DNA of 64,000 nucleotides from Mobula hypostoma. Taxonomy: Eukaryota. Location: the NCBI RefSeq assembly GCF_963921235.1, contig NC_086097.1, forward strand, positions 133,054,001 through 133,118,000. Reading direction: 5' to 3'. Shown here piece after piece: positions 12,173 through 25,284 of this stretch. Under the pieces are notes generated by a model. It was not told the DNA's origin, ran no database searches, and was given only the letters and a program-made list of their open reading frames with translations. Every line of letters starts with the position of its first letter. Position 1 is the first letter of the stretch. A program made the position numbers and the translations under genes.

Positions 12173-14144
12173 ATTACGGTTATGGAGAAAGTGCAGCGAA
12201 GGTAGACAAATGAAGTGTGAGGCTCACACGAGGTAGATTGGGAGATCAGGAGTTCATCCTTTGAGCACAATGGAGACCTGTTCAAGAGTCTGAAACAGTC
12301 GGGTGGAAGCAGTTCATGAGTCTGCACCTGCATGCACTTGATCTTTGGTATCTTACGTCCGATGGGAGAGGGGAGGCAAAAGGAATTAAGGTGGGAGGGG
12401 TCCTTGATTATGTTGGCTGTGTTTCTAAGGCAGCAAGAAGTATTGACTTAGTCAGTGAAGCAAGTACATTTACAGTGTATATATAATCACAACGAAGAAG
12501 AGAAAGTGCAGTCACGAGAGACTGCAGATGCTGGAATCTGGAACAAAAGAAAACAATCTGTTGTAGGAACTCAGTGGGTGGAACAACATCTGTGGGAAGA
12601 GAGGAATTATCAGCATTTCAGGTTGAGACTCTGCATCCAGATCAAAACAGAAAATGCTGGCTACATTCAGCAGTTCACATAGAGGAATGGAGCAGTCAGT
12701 AACTAACCTGTTTTGTTTTCATTTTTACATTAACTCTGTCTTCCTCTTTCCGCAGATGTGCCTAACCTGATGAGTATTTCCAGAATTCAGTATTCTTACT
12801 TCAGATTTCCAGCACCTGCAGTAATTTACATTTGAGTTACTTTGTCTGCCAGCTTCTTGCCCACTTACTTTAACCTACCTATATCCCATCACAGACTTTA
12901 GTGTCCTCCTCATTTCTTGCTAATCTGATGATCTCTGCATCATCAGCAAATTTAACAATAATATATCTATCCATTCATCCAAGACGTTATTGCAATATTA
13001 ATCCATGAAACATCCAACTAATTACCGATGGCCAATCTGAAAATCTTCCATTTATAACAATACTGTTTACTGTTTGATCTACTCTGTTAGTTATGTGTTT
13101 CAAGAACTTGAACAGGTTTGTGGAACACCATTCATCTTCCATAACAGTGTTGACTCGGCTTGTCATAGAATCGTGCAGTACAAAAATAGGCCCTTCAGAC
13201 CACTTAAGGCTGTTGTAACCATTCAACATGAATTTTATACTGATATACACTAATTCTGTTTTACTCCTTTTGGTATGTGGGAGAATACGAGGATGATTCC
13301 GGGAATGAATGGGGTTAACATATGAAAAGTGTTTAGCAGCTTTGGACCTGTAATCACTGGAATTTAGAAGAATGCAAGGAGGATCTCATTGAAACCAACA
13401 AAATGTTGACAGGACGAGACAGGGTGGATGTGGAGAGGATGTTTCCTATGATGGGGGTATCCAGAACTAGACAGCACAGCCTCAAAATTGAGGGGCGACC
13501 TTTTTAGAACAGAGGCAAGGAGGAATTTTTTGAGCCAGAGTGTAGCGAATCTGTGAAATGCTGTGCCACAGGCTGCAGTGGAGGCCAAGTCCATGGGTAT
13601 ATTTAAGGCGGAAGTTGATAGTTTCCTGATCGGTCAGGGTAGGGGTCGCCAATCCGTCGATCGTAATCAACCGGTTGATCTTTGAGACTTTCCCAGTAGA
13701 TACCGAAGAAAAATCAAAAATAAATACACAAATACTGTTGTAATGTGAGCATTATAAAAGTAAGTAATACTAATTAGGATAATGGTAATATAGCAATATT
13801 TTCGCTAAAAAGCTGTTTGTAAAGAGAGATTGTTTCTGGGTTGCGGGGGTTTAGTTCCGTTCTTTCTGCCCAGTGCATGTGTGTAGTTCCCCCCGCCGTG
13901 CACTGCATTTTCAGCGTAGCCTGTGCTGCATCAAAGTGACCAATCAGATTAGATAAGAGTACAGACTGTCGCAAACATCAATATACGGCAGTGATCCCCA
14001 ACCTCCGGGCCGTGAAGCAGCAGTGGTTCAGCGGTAGTCAGGTTGCACACAGCACATTTTTAAGAAAAAAAGCCGAAATAAACAAGCTAATTAATTAGGA
14101 GCTGCCCGACACGTAAATGTCGGTTCAGATCAGAGGCGACGCAA

Positions 14145-15028
14145 TTGGCAATAGCAGAGGCTCCACAAAAGAAGGCGAAAACATACAAATTCCATGCAGA
14201 ATGGGAAGAGGGATTTCTATTTACCTTGGTGAAAGACAAGCGTGTATGTACGTTGTGCCACCAAACACAAGCACTGACTAAAAGAGGGAATCTGGAGCCG
14301 CACCACAACACCAACCACCAGGAATTTAAAGACATCTACCCCCCAAAGAGCACAATTCATGCCTGGAAAATTGAGCTGAAATCGGGGTTGAAGGCCAAGC
14401 AATCGTTTTTCACAAAACATGCTGCTCAAAATAAGGCTGCTATTGAAGCATCATTTCGTGTAAGTCACCTTTTGGCTAAACACAAGAAGCCTTTTACAGA
14501 TGGCAATTTATTCAAGGAAGCAATGGTCATTACCACAGAGACTGTTTTTAATGTCTTTAAAAACAAAAACGGCGTCACAACCACAATACGTAATATACTG
14601 CTTGGCCCTGCAACAGTGACAAGGAGGGTAGAGTCACCATCAGAGGACATAAATATTTTTCACTACAGTTCGATGAATCCCTGGATGTAATGCAAACAGC
14701 TCAGCTTGTTGTATTTGTCAGAATGGCTTTCCAGGATTTTACAACAAAGGAGGACTTCCTCACTCTTTTGCAATTAAAGGAAAGAACGAGAGGTGAGGAT
14801 ATTTACAATGAGTTTAAAAAAATATGTCCATGAAAATGACATCCCCATTCATAAACTGGTGGCAATTACTACTGACGGGGCCCCAGCAGCGCACAGTGTG
14901 TGCGTTGGTTTTATACCACTAAAAGTCAGTGCCTAATTCGGGTCAACTTATCTGTGTGAAATTGCATTCTCACAGACGGAAATTATTAAATCTAAGTACA
15001 GGAGCTGATTTACTGACAGACACCTCAC
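14145..15028 (+). pseudogene. hAT transposase remnant
   Basis: ORF 14145..14690 FHAEWEEGFLF..VCTLC..NLEPHHNTNH (Zn-finger-like). After a frameshift, FSLQFDESLDVMQTAQLVVFVR (first catalytic Asp region), then a jump to C-terminal FGSTYLCEIAFS. Confidence 0.85.
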
Positions 15029-15463
15029 TAGGGTTGCCAACTTTCTCACTCTCAAATAACGGACAAAAGTAGCAGTCAAATCCTGGGACATTTGTGTTTA
15101 CCCCAAGAAAGACTACCATGACCATGATGTCTTGTGCGGGCACCTGTGTGCGCATGCGCATACGTGCCGATTTCTTCTCTTTACCCTACCAATTGTTTTT
15201 GGCTTAATTTTCATTATTTCTACTTTATACAGGCTGTGTATTTATCATATCATTCCTGCTTTTACTCTATATTAGTGTTATTTTAGGTTTTATGTGTTAT
15301 TTGGTATGATTTGGTAGGTTTTTTTTGGGTCTGGGAATGCTCAAAATTTTTTTCCATATAAATTAATGGTAATTGCTTCTTCAGTGTAAAGCTTTTCAGC
15401 ATGAAAGGTTTCATAGGAACGTCCTACCTTAGCAGGGGAAATACGGGACAGTTGGCAACCCTA
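15029..15463. mobile_element. hAT MITE, TAGGGTTGCCAAC family
   Basis: Perfect 13-bp TIR TAGGGTTGCCAAC / GTTGGCAACCCTA; exact TSD CACCTCAC (15021-15028, 15464-15471). Confidence 0.95.
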
Positions 15464-16174
15464 CACCTCACAGACTGTCTCAGTTTGTAGACTGTCTGTA
15501 GTTATGAGCCAAATTTCAGGGAACTAGCAGAAAGTATTCAGCCCCAGTCATCACACTGAGTGCAACAGTCAATTTTTATTCATTTATTTTTCGTGTTGAA
15601 ATAAAATTAAATAATGAAACTTAGAATTAAAGGTGTGAAGTATTGTAATATTCTTAAAGAAAGACAGCTATGGCCTGTTTGATAGTTACAGTGTTTTCTT
15701 GTTTGAATTAATTTGAAAGTTTGACAAAAGTATTTGGTGTAATTCAAATACAATTCGCCCAAATAAAAGGCCTCAAATTGGAAGTACAATCTCAGCTGTT
15801 TTTTTCTCTAAACGGTTTAGTAGGTAGATCTTGCCTTTCACTGAGGTTGAGGTGACTACTAGGTCAGGGCATCAAAAGATATGGCAAGAAGGCAGGTGTA
15901 TGGGGTTGAGTGGGATCTGGGATCAGCCATGAGCAGACTCGATGAGCTGAATCGTTTAATTCTGCTCCTATGTCTTATGATCTTAAATGTTGTTTGCAAT
16001 TGGACATGCATTCAGTTTATTCAAGTTTTCTGCAGGTGTTGTTCCTACAGTTGCCACCAGGTGGCACATGAACTGCAGAAACTTAATCCACATATTAAAA
16101 CTCAGTCTGCTTTAATGATACAATTGATCGGAACATTGAGAGAGAAAGCTTAAATGCATCAAATTAAATTTACA

Positions 16175-19100
16175 GCGGACCTGTACAGATTGGATGAGTT
16201 GCACCTGAACTCAAGGGGGAGCAATATCCTTGCAGATAGGTTTGCTAGCGTGGTTCGGGAGGGTTTAAACTAATTTGCAAGGGGGATGGAACCCAGAGCG
16301 ATAGAGCAGTGAAAGAAGTGCATGGAGTAAAGCCAGATCTAACATACAGAGAGGCTTTGAGGAAAGAGAAACAGAATAAACGGTGTAAAGACAGTAAGGT
16401 AGAAGGGCTGAAATGTGTGTACCTCAATGCAAGAAGCATCAGGAACAAAGGTGATGAACTGAGAGCTTGGATACATACATGGAATTATGATGTCGTGGCC
16501 ATTACAGAGACTTGGCTGGCACCAGGGCAGGAATGGATTCTCAATATTCCTGGATTTCAGTGCTTTAAAAGGGATAGGGAGGGCGGAAAAAGGGGAGGAG
16601 GGATGGCATTACTGGTCAGGGATACTATTACAGCTACAGAAAGGGTGGGAAATGTAGCAGGATCCTCTTTTGAGTCAGTATGGGTGGAAGTCAGGAACAG
16701 GAAGGGAGTAGTTACTCTATTGGGAGTATTCTATAGGCCCCCTGGTAGCAGCAGAGATACAGAGGAGCAGATTGGGAGGCAGATTTTGGAAAGGTGAAAA
16801 AATAACAGGGTTGTTATCATGGGTGACTTTAACTTCCCTAATATTGATTGGCATCTGATTAGTTCCAAGGGTTTAGATGGGGCAGAGATTGTTAAGTGTG
16901 TCCAGGATGGATTCCTGTCACAGTATGTGGACAGGCCGACTAGGGGGAATGCCATACTAGATCTAGTACTAGGTAATGAACCGGGTCAGGCCACAGATCT
17001 CTCAGTGGGTGAGCATCTGGGGGACAGTGACCACCACTCCCTAGCCTTTAGCATTATCATGGAAAAGGATAGAATCAGATCGGACAGGAAAATTTTTAAT
17101 TGGGGAAAGGCAAATTATGAGGCTATAAGGCTAGAACTTGCGGGTGTGAATTGGGATGATGTTTTTGCAGGGAAATGTACTATGGACATGTGGTTGATGT
17201 TTAGAGATCTCTTGCGGGATGTTAGGGATAAATTTGTCCCAGTGAGGAAGATAAAGAATGGTAGGGTGAAGGAACCATGGGTGACAAGTGACGTGGAAAA
17301 TCTAGTCAGGTGGAAGAAGGCAGCATACATGAGGTTTAGGAAGCAGGGATCAGATGGGTCTATTGAGGAATATAAGAAAGCAAGAAAGGAGCTTAAGAAA
17401 GGGGCTGAGAAGAGCAAGAAGGGGGCATGAGAAGGCCTTGGCAAGTAGGGTAAAGGAAAACCCCAAGGCACTCTTCAATTATGTGAAGAAAAAAAGGATG
17501 ACAGGAGTGAAGGTAGGACTGATTAGAGATAAAGGTGGGAAGATGTGCCTGGAGGCTGTGGAAGTGAGTGAGGTCCTCAATGAATATTTCTCTTCGGCAT
17601 TCACCAATGAGAAGGAACTTGATGATGGTGAAGACAATATGAGTGAGGTTGATGTTCTGGAGCATGTTGATATTGAGGGAAAGGAGGTGTTGGAGTTGTT
17701 AAAATACATTAGGACAGATAAGTCCCCGGGGCCTGACGGAATATTCCCCAGGCTGCTCCACGAGGCGAGAGAAGAGATTGCTGAGCCTCTGGCTAGCATC
17801 TTTATGTCCTCGTTGTCCATGGGAATGGTACCGGAGGATTGGAGGGAGGCGAGTGTTGTTCCCTTGTTCAAAAAAGGTAGCAGGGATAGTTTGGGTAATT
17901 ATAGACCAGTGAGTCTTACGTTTGTGGTGGGAAAGCTGTTGGAAAAGATTCTCAGATATAGGATCTGTGGGCATTGAGAGAATCATGGTCTGATCAGGGA
18001 CAGTCAGCATGGCTTTGTGAAGGGCAGATCATGTCTAACAAGCCTGATACAGGTCTTTGAGGAGGTGACCAGGCATATAGATGAGGGTAGTGCAGTGGAT
18101 GTGATCTATATGGATTTTAGTAAGGCATTTGACAAGGTTCCACATGGTAGGCTTATTCAGAAAGTTAGAAGGCATGGGATCCAGGGAAGTTTGGCCAGGT
18201 GGATTCAGAATTGGCTTGCCTGCAGAAGGCAGAGGGTTGTGGTGGAGGGAGTACATTCAGATTGGAGGATTGTGACTAGTGGTGTCCCACAAGGATCTGT
18301 TCTGGGACCTCTACTTTTCGTGATTTTTATTAACGACCTGGATGTGGGGGTAGAAGGGTGGGTTGGCAAGTTTGCAGACGACACAAAGGTTGGTGGTGTT
18401 GTAGATAGTGTAGAGGATTGTTGAAGATTGCAGAGAGACATTGATAGGATGCAGAAGTGGGCTGATGGAGTTCAACCCGGAGAAGTGTGAGGTGGTACAC
18501 TTTGGAAGGACAAACTCCAAGGCAGAGTACAAGGTAAATGGCAGGATACTTGGTAGCGTGGAGGAGCAGAGGGATCTCGGGGTACATGTCCACTGATCCC
18601 TGAAAGTTGCTTCACAGGTGGATAGGGAAGTTAAGAAAGCTTATGGGGTGTTAGCTTTCATAAGTCGAGGGATAGAGTTTAAGAGTCGCGATGTAATGAT
18701 GCAGCTCTATAAAACTCTGGTTAGGCCACACTTGGAGTACTGTGTCCAGTTCTGGTCACCTCACTATAGGAAGGATGTGGAAGCATTGGAAAGGGTACAG
18801 AGGAGATTTACCAGGATGCTGCCTGGTTTAGAATGTATGCATTATGATCAGAGATTAAGGGAGCTAGGGCTTTACTCTTTGGAGAGAAAGAGGATGAGAG
18901 GAGACATGATAGAAGTGTACAAGATAATAAGAGGAATAGATAGAGTGGATAGCCAGCGCCTCTTCCCCAGGGCACCACTGCTCAATACAAGAGGACATGT
19001 CTTTAAGGTAAGGGGTGGGAAGTTCAAGGGGGATATTAGAGGAAGGTTTTTTACTCAGAGAGTGGTTGGTGCGTGGAATGCACTGCCTGAGTCGGTGGTG

Positions 19101-19252
19101 GAGGCAGATACACTAGTGAAGTTTAAGAGACTACTAGACAGGTATATGGAGGAATTTAAGGTGGGGGCTTATATGGGAGGCAGGGTTTGAGGGTCATTGT
19201 GGGCCGAAGGGTCTGTACTGTGCTGTACTATTCTATGTCTACGTCTATGTCT
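16175..19252 (+). mobile_element. CR1 LINE, 5'-truncated: end of ORF1 esterase plus near-complete disabled ORF2 (AP endonuclease-RT)
   Basis: DLYRLDELHLNSRGSNILADRF* (16178-16273); YLNARS, ITETW, GDFNFP, SDH (APE); [31 protein letters not shown] (RT). Stops at 16795, 17975 and 18422 plus frameshifts; (tctatg)-like tail. Confidence 0.97.
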
Positions 19253-22200
19253 AAAACACGCATTAATATTTTTACAAGTAATTCCATTGAAGAATATATA
19301 TTCCATAGCATCATTTACAACAGCCACAAAAAATAATTGAAAGCCCATTAAGTGCATTGTAGCACTGTTCTTGAAAAGGTATAGGAATGTCAGCAGTCAA
19401 TTTGCACACAGCATAATCCCATGAGTGGCTATAACCACTGAATAATTAGAACTATGTAATGTTCATTTAGGAATAAGGGCAATACCACAGAGGAACTGTC
19501 AAATGGACTTTTGTAGTATATGGGGAAAGGGGTGTAGGTGATGCTTTCACTTAAGACTTCCTGAAAAGGGTACAATGCTGGAATGTTTTTCCCAGATCTA
19601 TATTATTAAAAGTCAAATGTATTAACTATAAACATAGTTATAACTCACCACTTCCCTTCTCCTCTTTATACTGGCCATCTATCCTCTCCACTGTCAGACA
19701 TGATGCAGGGTTTCGACCCAAACACGACAATTCTTTTCCTCCCACAAATGCTGCTCAACTGACTGAGTTCCTCCAGCAGATTGCTTGTTGCTCCAGGTTG
19801 CAGCATCTGCGGTCTCTTACGTCCCCTTATGACCATTTCATTTGGGAAAGTTCACCAAGAACACCTTGCCTAAATGTCCCACTCCCACCAACCCCCCAGC
19901 CTCTGTTTCTGGCCCCAGCTCCTACCATGCCCAACCCCACCCAATCGTCCCACCCACATCAACAAAGTCCCAATGTCTGTTTCTGCTCCCAGCTCCAACC
20001 AGCGCCAAACACAACCCCGCCATGGTCAAGCAACAGGACCCCAAGCTCAGCCTCGGTTGAGGACTGACTGTGATGTCCAGACACAACCTGGGATGACTTT
20101 CCCATACCTGGAGACGTTCAATCACAGCCTAATCACCTGAAACTTCAATCCTCTTGATACAACACCTTCCCACACTGACTGGACATTGAAAAGATTTATT
20201 TATCTAATGGGGATGATTCTTAGTTGTTCCTCTATTAGCTCTTTTTGTGCACTCTCCTTTTTGTGACAAAGATGATGGGGGATTTTTTTCTCCCAGGATT
20301 GCAATATTAGATCATTCTTCAAACCCTGAGGACTTCAGCAGAGTTAGGCAACACATAGACACCAGTTTGAATGTCACTTATGAATAGTGGCCCAAAAGGT
20401 GGATGGCCAAGAACTACCAGGGCTTTGAAGAATGATAGCTCCTCATTGAGATACAGATTTTCAGAGAGAGTGACAAGAGAGGTGCTCTATTTTTTTCAGG
20501 ATAGAACAACTGGAAATATTAAGCACAGATTTAGGTCAGGGGATTAGCAATTTCAGATTATGATGAGGAGAAACTTCTTCGAAGTGTGGTGCTCAGTCAT
20601 TGAGTATATTTTGGAGTGAGATTGACAAATTTCTTTTCAAGACGGAGACCAATGGATTTTGAGATATTATGGGATGTAATTGGTTTATCATTGCTGCATG
20701 TATTGAGATATAATGGAAAAACATGGTTTGCATGCCATAAAGATCATTTCATCACATGAGTACAAGTTCAAGTTTAATTATCATTCAACCGTACATGACC
20801 AAAGAATCCAGCCAAACAAAACAGTTCTAATCCAGGGCCAGGGTGCAAATCACAGTACCAACAGTCATACACAGCACACGGCACATTTAGCACATATATG
20901 ATAGCAAACACAGTAATACAAAAAAGAATATAGTCTAAGTCCCTAAGTCCATGAATGCTACAGCAGTCTATAGTCGAACACAATACATCTTGTCTTCTGC
21001 CAAGCGAACACTGGGGGGCAGCATTGACTGTAGCATGGACACTGTACAACAGTGCCTCTGACACTCTGGTGTAGTGCCCATTTCCGGTGCCTCCCCCTGG
21101 GCAGCTGCAAACAAGCGACAGCAGGTTTGAGGCATAATGCTCGCTACAACCGAAACCACATAACACCCCCACCGTTTGCCAAAATACCAATCAATACATT
21201 AGACTTGCAACATTCCACATTACCAATATCCAAACAGGGTCTTGAGATCACATGAAAAGCAACTAAGACAATAACTTGTCATTAGACTGTAGGTCAACAT
21301 GGAGGTAGTACAAGGGAAAACAGTACAGAATGCAGAATATAGTGTTGGAGTTAGAGAAAGTGCAATGCAGGCAGGCACTAAAATGCAAGGCCACAACAAG
21401 CTACACTGTCAGGTCAAGAGGCTATCTCGTATTACAGAAGTCTGTTGAATAGTCCTACAGCAGTAAGTTAGAAGCTGTCCTTGAGGCTGGTGTTATGTGC
21501 TTTTCGTATCTTCTACCCAATAGGAGGGTGCATAAAGTGGAAATGACCGGGGCAGAGTAGTCTTTGATTAGGTTGGTTACTTTACCAGGGTAGTGTAGAC
21601 AGAGTCCATGGAGGGGAAGCAGGTTTTAGTGATATGCTGAGCAGTGTCCATAACTTTCTACAGTTTCATGTGGTCTTGGCAGACAGCAGTTGCCAAACAA
21701 AGCCAATATGCATCTGGATAGAATGCTTTCTATGCTACATCTGTAAAGATTGGTGTGGGGCAATGAGAACATGCCGGTTCTTCTTATCTAGATTTAGTGC
21801 AGGAAAGCACTAAATGATCAGATATGATCCTATTGAAAGATAGAGCAGGTACGATGGACAACAAGATTTATTCCTGCTTCTGACATGTCTGCCCACAGTC
21901 TCTTTCGCTGCCAGGTCACATCTAAATGTACACGAGAGGGACATACCTCACATTCCAACCGGACAGTTTCCAACCAGACAGAATGATCATCAAATTCTCA
22001 AACTTCCATGAGCCATTCCTCATCTGTTCCATAAGACCATAAGATATAGGAGCAGAATTAGGCCATTTGGCCCATCAAGTCTGCTCTGCAATTTCATCAT
22101 GGTTGATTCAATTTTCCTCTCAATGTCAACCGCCTCCCTTCTCCGATATCCCTTCATGCCCTGACCAGTCAAGAATCTTTTTGCTTTTTGCCTCCTGCCA

Positions 22201-22289
22201 ATCTGCCATTACTTTTTCCATGCTAGAATCTTTCCTGTAATACCATGGGCTTGTAGTCCATTCCTTTGTTCCCTTCCTCTTATTTTTAT

Positions 22290-22695
22290 TACTTTGTTTT
22301 CTATCTCTTTTTTTCTCTCTTCTCCTGATCCAACTGGCCATCCAAACCCTCTCCATCTGCCCACCACCCACAAACCCCTCCCACCAGTTCCCCTCCCCAA
22401 TTCCCTTCTTTTAGTCCATGCTACAACTTCCACCCCTTTCAGATTCCATCGTCTTCAGTCTTTAGTCACTTCTACCTATCACCTCCCAACTTCTGTATTT
22501 TTTCCTACCCATCACCCCCCCCCAACCTGGATCCATCTATCATCCATCAGCTCCTGCTCCACCCCCTCCCCCACATTTTTATGCTAGTTTGTCCCTCCTT
22601 CTTTTCAGTCCAATGAAGGGTCCCAACCTGAAACATCGATTGTCTGTTTCTCTCCATAGATGCTGCCTGACCCACTGAGTTCCTGCAGCACATTT
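22290..22695 (+). mobile_element. Penelope-like 3' terminal fragment with degraded hammerhead motif (22606-22642)
   Basis: Pyrimidine-rich tract, then cagtc-caatga-agggtcccaacct-GAAA-catc-gattg and tctccatagatgctgcctgacc. Confidence 0.7.
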
Positions 22696-23489
22696 TCTAC
22701 CATTCCTGCTTCTACTTTCTATGCTGTGATGTCCTTATAGCTCTGGGACTGTTCTTCACTGTTTGCATGTAGCATTCTATCTCACAGTTCATAAATGAAG
22801 AATTCACCAAAACCACAATGTAAAACAGATTTGCTGCCTGTTTCTACCATTCCTTGTGCCAAACCCCCTGTTTTCCTTATGTCTCGGGATTGAACTAATT
22901 CTCCAATTTATGCACTGTTCTGGTGAATGTCATCTTTCTCGGATATCATCAGATTAATGAGCATGTGATGAATCTCAAGAGTCAAATGTCATTAATAGAA
23001 CTAAGTACATCTTATGGTCCAACTCTACCGTATATTATATTTCATTTTTCTCTCTCAACTTGTAATATTTATTTTGGATATTTCGCCATGCATGCATAAC
23101 TTATATGTTATTTTATGTTCATATAACTTATGTTTGTAACGTATTATGTTGTTGCGAAGAGCTAATTTGCATGACATTTACACTATGTATATCACAATGG
23201 TATATGTGCATATGACAATAAAAATGAACTTAACCTTGAACTTATCATATGTAGAATGGTGTATTTTTTTCAAGTTCTGAATTTCTGGAATTCCCGGTTC
23301 CAGAGGGTGACGGATACACCGAATTAAGAAATGGTCCCAGTCATATTATTGTCTATTTTACGATTGAATTATACTTTCACGAAAATAGTCTCTTATTCTA
23401 TTTTTGGTCCAGTTTTGTCATGAGCGGCATCTTTAAAAAATCATTTTCCACAAAAAGTATTTCCATCCTTTCCATATACCCTCTGAAAG

Positions 23490-24822
23490 ACACACATATG
23501 CAATTGGAGGGGTAGGTACATAATTCCTTGAAAGTGGCTACACAAGTGGACAGGGTGGTGAAGAAGTTGTGTAAGCAGGCCTTCATCAGTCAGGGCATTG
23601 AATGCAGGAGCTGTGTGAGGTGTTGGTAAGATCACATTTCGAGTCCTCTGTACAGTTCTGGTCATTCTGCTGAAGGGCAGATGTCTTTAAACCAGGAAGA
23701 GTACAAAGAAGATTTACAAGGTTGATTCTGGGACTGAAGGATTTGAGTTAGCGTATAAGGAAACGCTGGATTGGCTGGGTGTTTTTTCTTTCCTGAGGTT
23801 GCATTGGTGACTTTACAGAAGGGCATAGATAATGTGAATGGCCTCAGTCTTTTTCCCATTGTAGGGAAGTCCAGATCTAGAAGATATCGAGAAGATGGCG
23901 GCACAATGCAGCTTGCGCGGCCACTCTAGTGAACGATATCTGTAATCTGTCAAGTAGGGTGCCGTGCACAATCCTGATTTGATGGAAACAGACGTGAGAG
24001 AACAGAGGAACATCTGGAGAAACTTCTGAAATGCCTTTTTCACTGCCGCTGTCACTGTGTGATCCAGAATCTCCGGAGGGGAAGGCCCCGAATCCTCGGC
24101 TTTGCTTGTTGCTCAGCGGCCGGGACGGGGTCGAAGCGCTTGGCATAGATGGTGCTCGGTGTCGAAGGGCTGGTCGGAGGCTCGAAGTTTTCGGATGAAC
24201 TCAGAGTCAGCTGTGGTCGGGTGCTTCCAATGCGTCGACAGTTGTCGGTGCCTGGAGGTTTACGGCAGAGAGAGTTTCTCCCTTCTGCTGCCTGCTATCG
24301 GGGACTATCGGGAGTCGATCGGAACTTTGAGACTTTTTTACCATTCCCATGGTCTGCTCTTTATCAAATTATGGTATTGCTTTGCACTGCTGTAATTATA
24401 TGTTATAATTATGTGGTCTTGTCAGTGTTAGTCTTTGGTTTGTCTTGTTTTTTTCATGATATCACTCTGGAGGAACATTGTATCATTTCTTAATACATGC
24501 ATGCATTTCTAAGTGACAATAAACGAGGACTGAGTGTCCTCATAGTCTTATCTAATCTAATATAGATTTAAAGTAAGAGGGGAAAGATTTGAGAGGGACG
24601 CAAGGGGCAACTTTTCACACAGCGGGTAGAACATATATGGAGCAAGGTGCCAAAGGAAGTGATAGAAGAGGGTATCATTTAAATTAAAATACATTTGGAC
24701 AGGTATATGGATAGGAAGGTTTTACAGGGCTATGAGCCAAATGCAAGCAACTGGGACGAGCTTGTTTTGGCACCTTGAACAGGTTTGGCCATAGGGACTA
24801 TTTCTGTGCTATATTAATCTAT
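23490..24822 (+). mobile_element. CR1 3' fragment interrupted at about 23884-24561
   Basis: ttgaaagtggctacacaagtggacagggtggtgaagaag...tctaga, resuming atagatttaaagtaagagggg. Confidence 0.75.
23884..24561 (+). mobile_element. Non-autonomous retroelement with CpG-rich head and LINE-type tail
   Basis: Starts gaagATGGCGGC, CpG-rich to about 24320, ends gacaataaa..tctaatctaat; no credible ORF; splits a CR1. Confidence 0.65.
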
Positions 24823-24878
24823 GCCTCCATACTAAGCTGCCTATAAATCCGGCCTCATATTAACCTGTTTCACATCAA

Positions 24879-24916
24879 CAGTCCTGCCGAAGGGTCTCAG
24901 CCCGAAACGTCGACCG
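24879..24916 (+). ncRNA. Minimal hammerhead ribozyme motif, one core substitution
   Basis: cagtc-CTGCCGA-a-ggg tctcag ccc-GAAA-cgtc-gaccg. Confidence 0.7.
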
Positions 24917-25284
24917 TACTTTTTTGATGCTGCCTGGCCTGCTGAGTTTCTTCAGCATTTTGCGTGTGTTGCTTGGATTTCCAGCATCTGCAGATTTTCT
25001 CTTGTTTATGATTTGATCACATAAATAATGGTGTTGCTGCACTTAAGGTTTCTCTGCACGTCCATCTGTCCAATAATTAATTCCATGGTTCTGGACTTCC
25101 CGTCTGCCTCCCACAGTATGACAGACAGCTGTCACCATTTAAATTGTCGCTATTTTAGAGCAGCTCATACATTCTTACTTTCCAACTGTTTTCTCCTTGC
25201 TGACTGCCTTTTCACATTCATTGTTTTAGGCGAGACAAAGAAGTTTAAAGGGGAATTTAAGGGGTAACTTTTTTACACAGATTT

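Larger units (their letters stand above)
13640..15861 (+). mobile_element. Internally deleted hAT (Buster/SPIN/Charlie-like) transposon
   Basis: Exact 8-bp TSD GGTCAGGG (13632-13639, 15862-15869); imperfect TIR TAGGGGTCGCC / GGTGACTACTA; transposase remnants inside. Confidence 0.9.
13283..15985 (+). mobile_element. CR1 3' fragment split by a hAT insertion (13283-13639 and 15862-15985)
   Basis: CR1 sequence gtttcctgatcggtcaggg continues as catcaaaagatatggc after the insertion; ends with ctcctatgtcttatgatct tail. Confidence 0.85.

Noticed and set aside
16731..18593. Several long minus-strand ORFs over the CR1
   Set aside because: Antisense shadows of ORF2.
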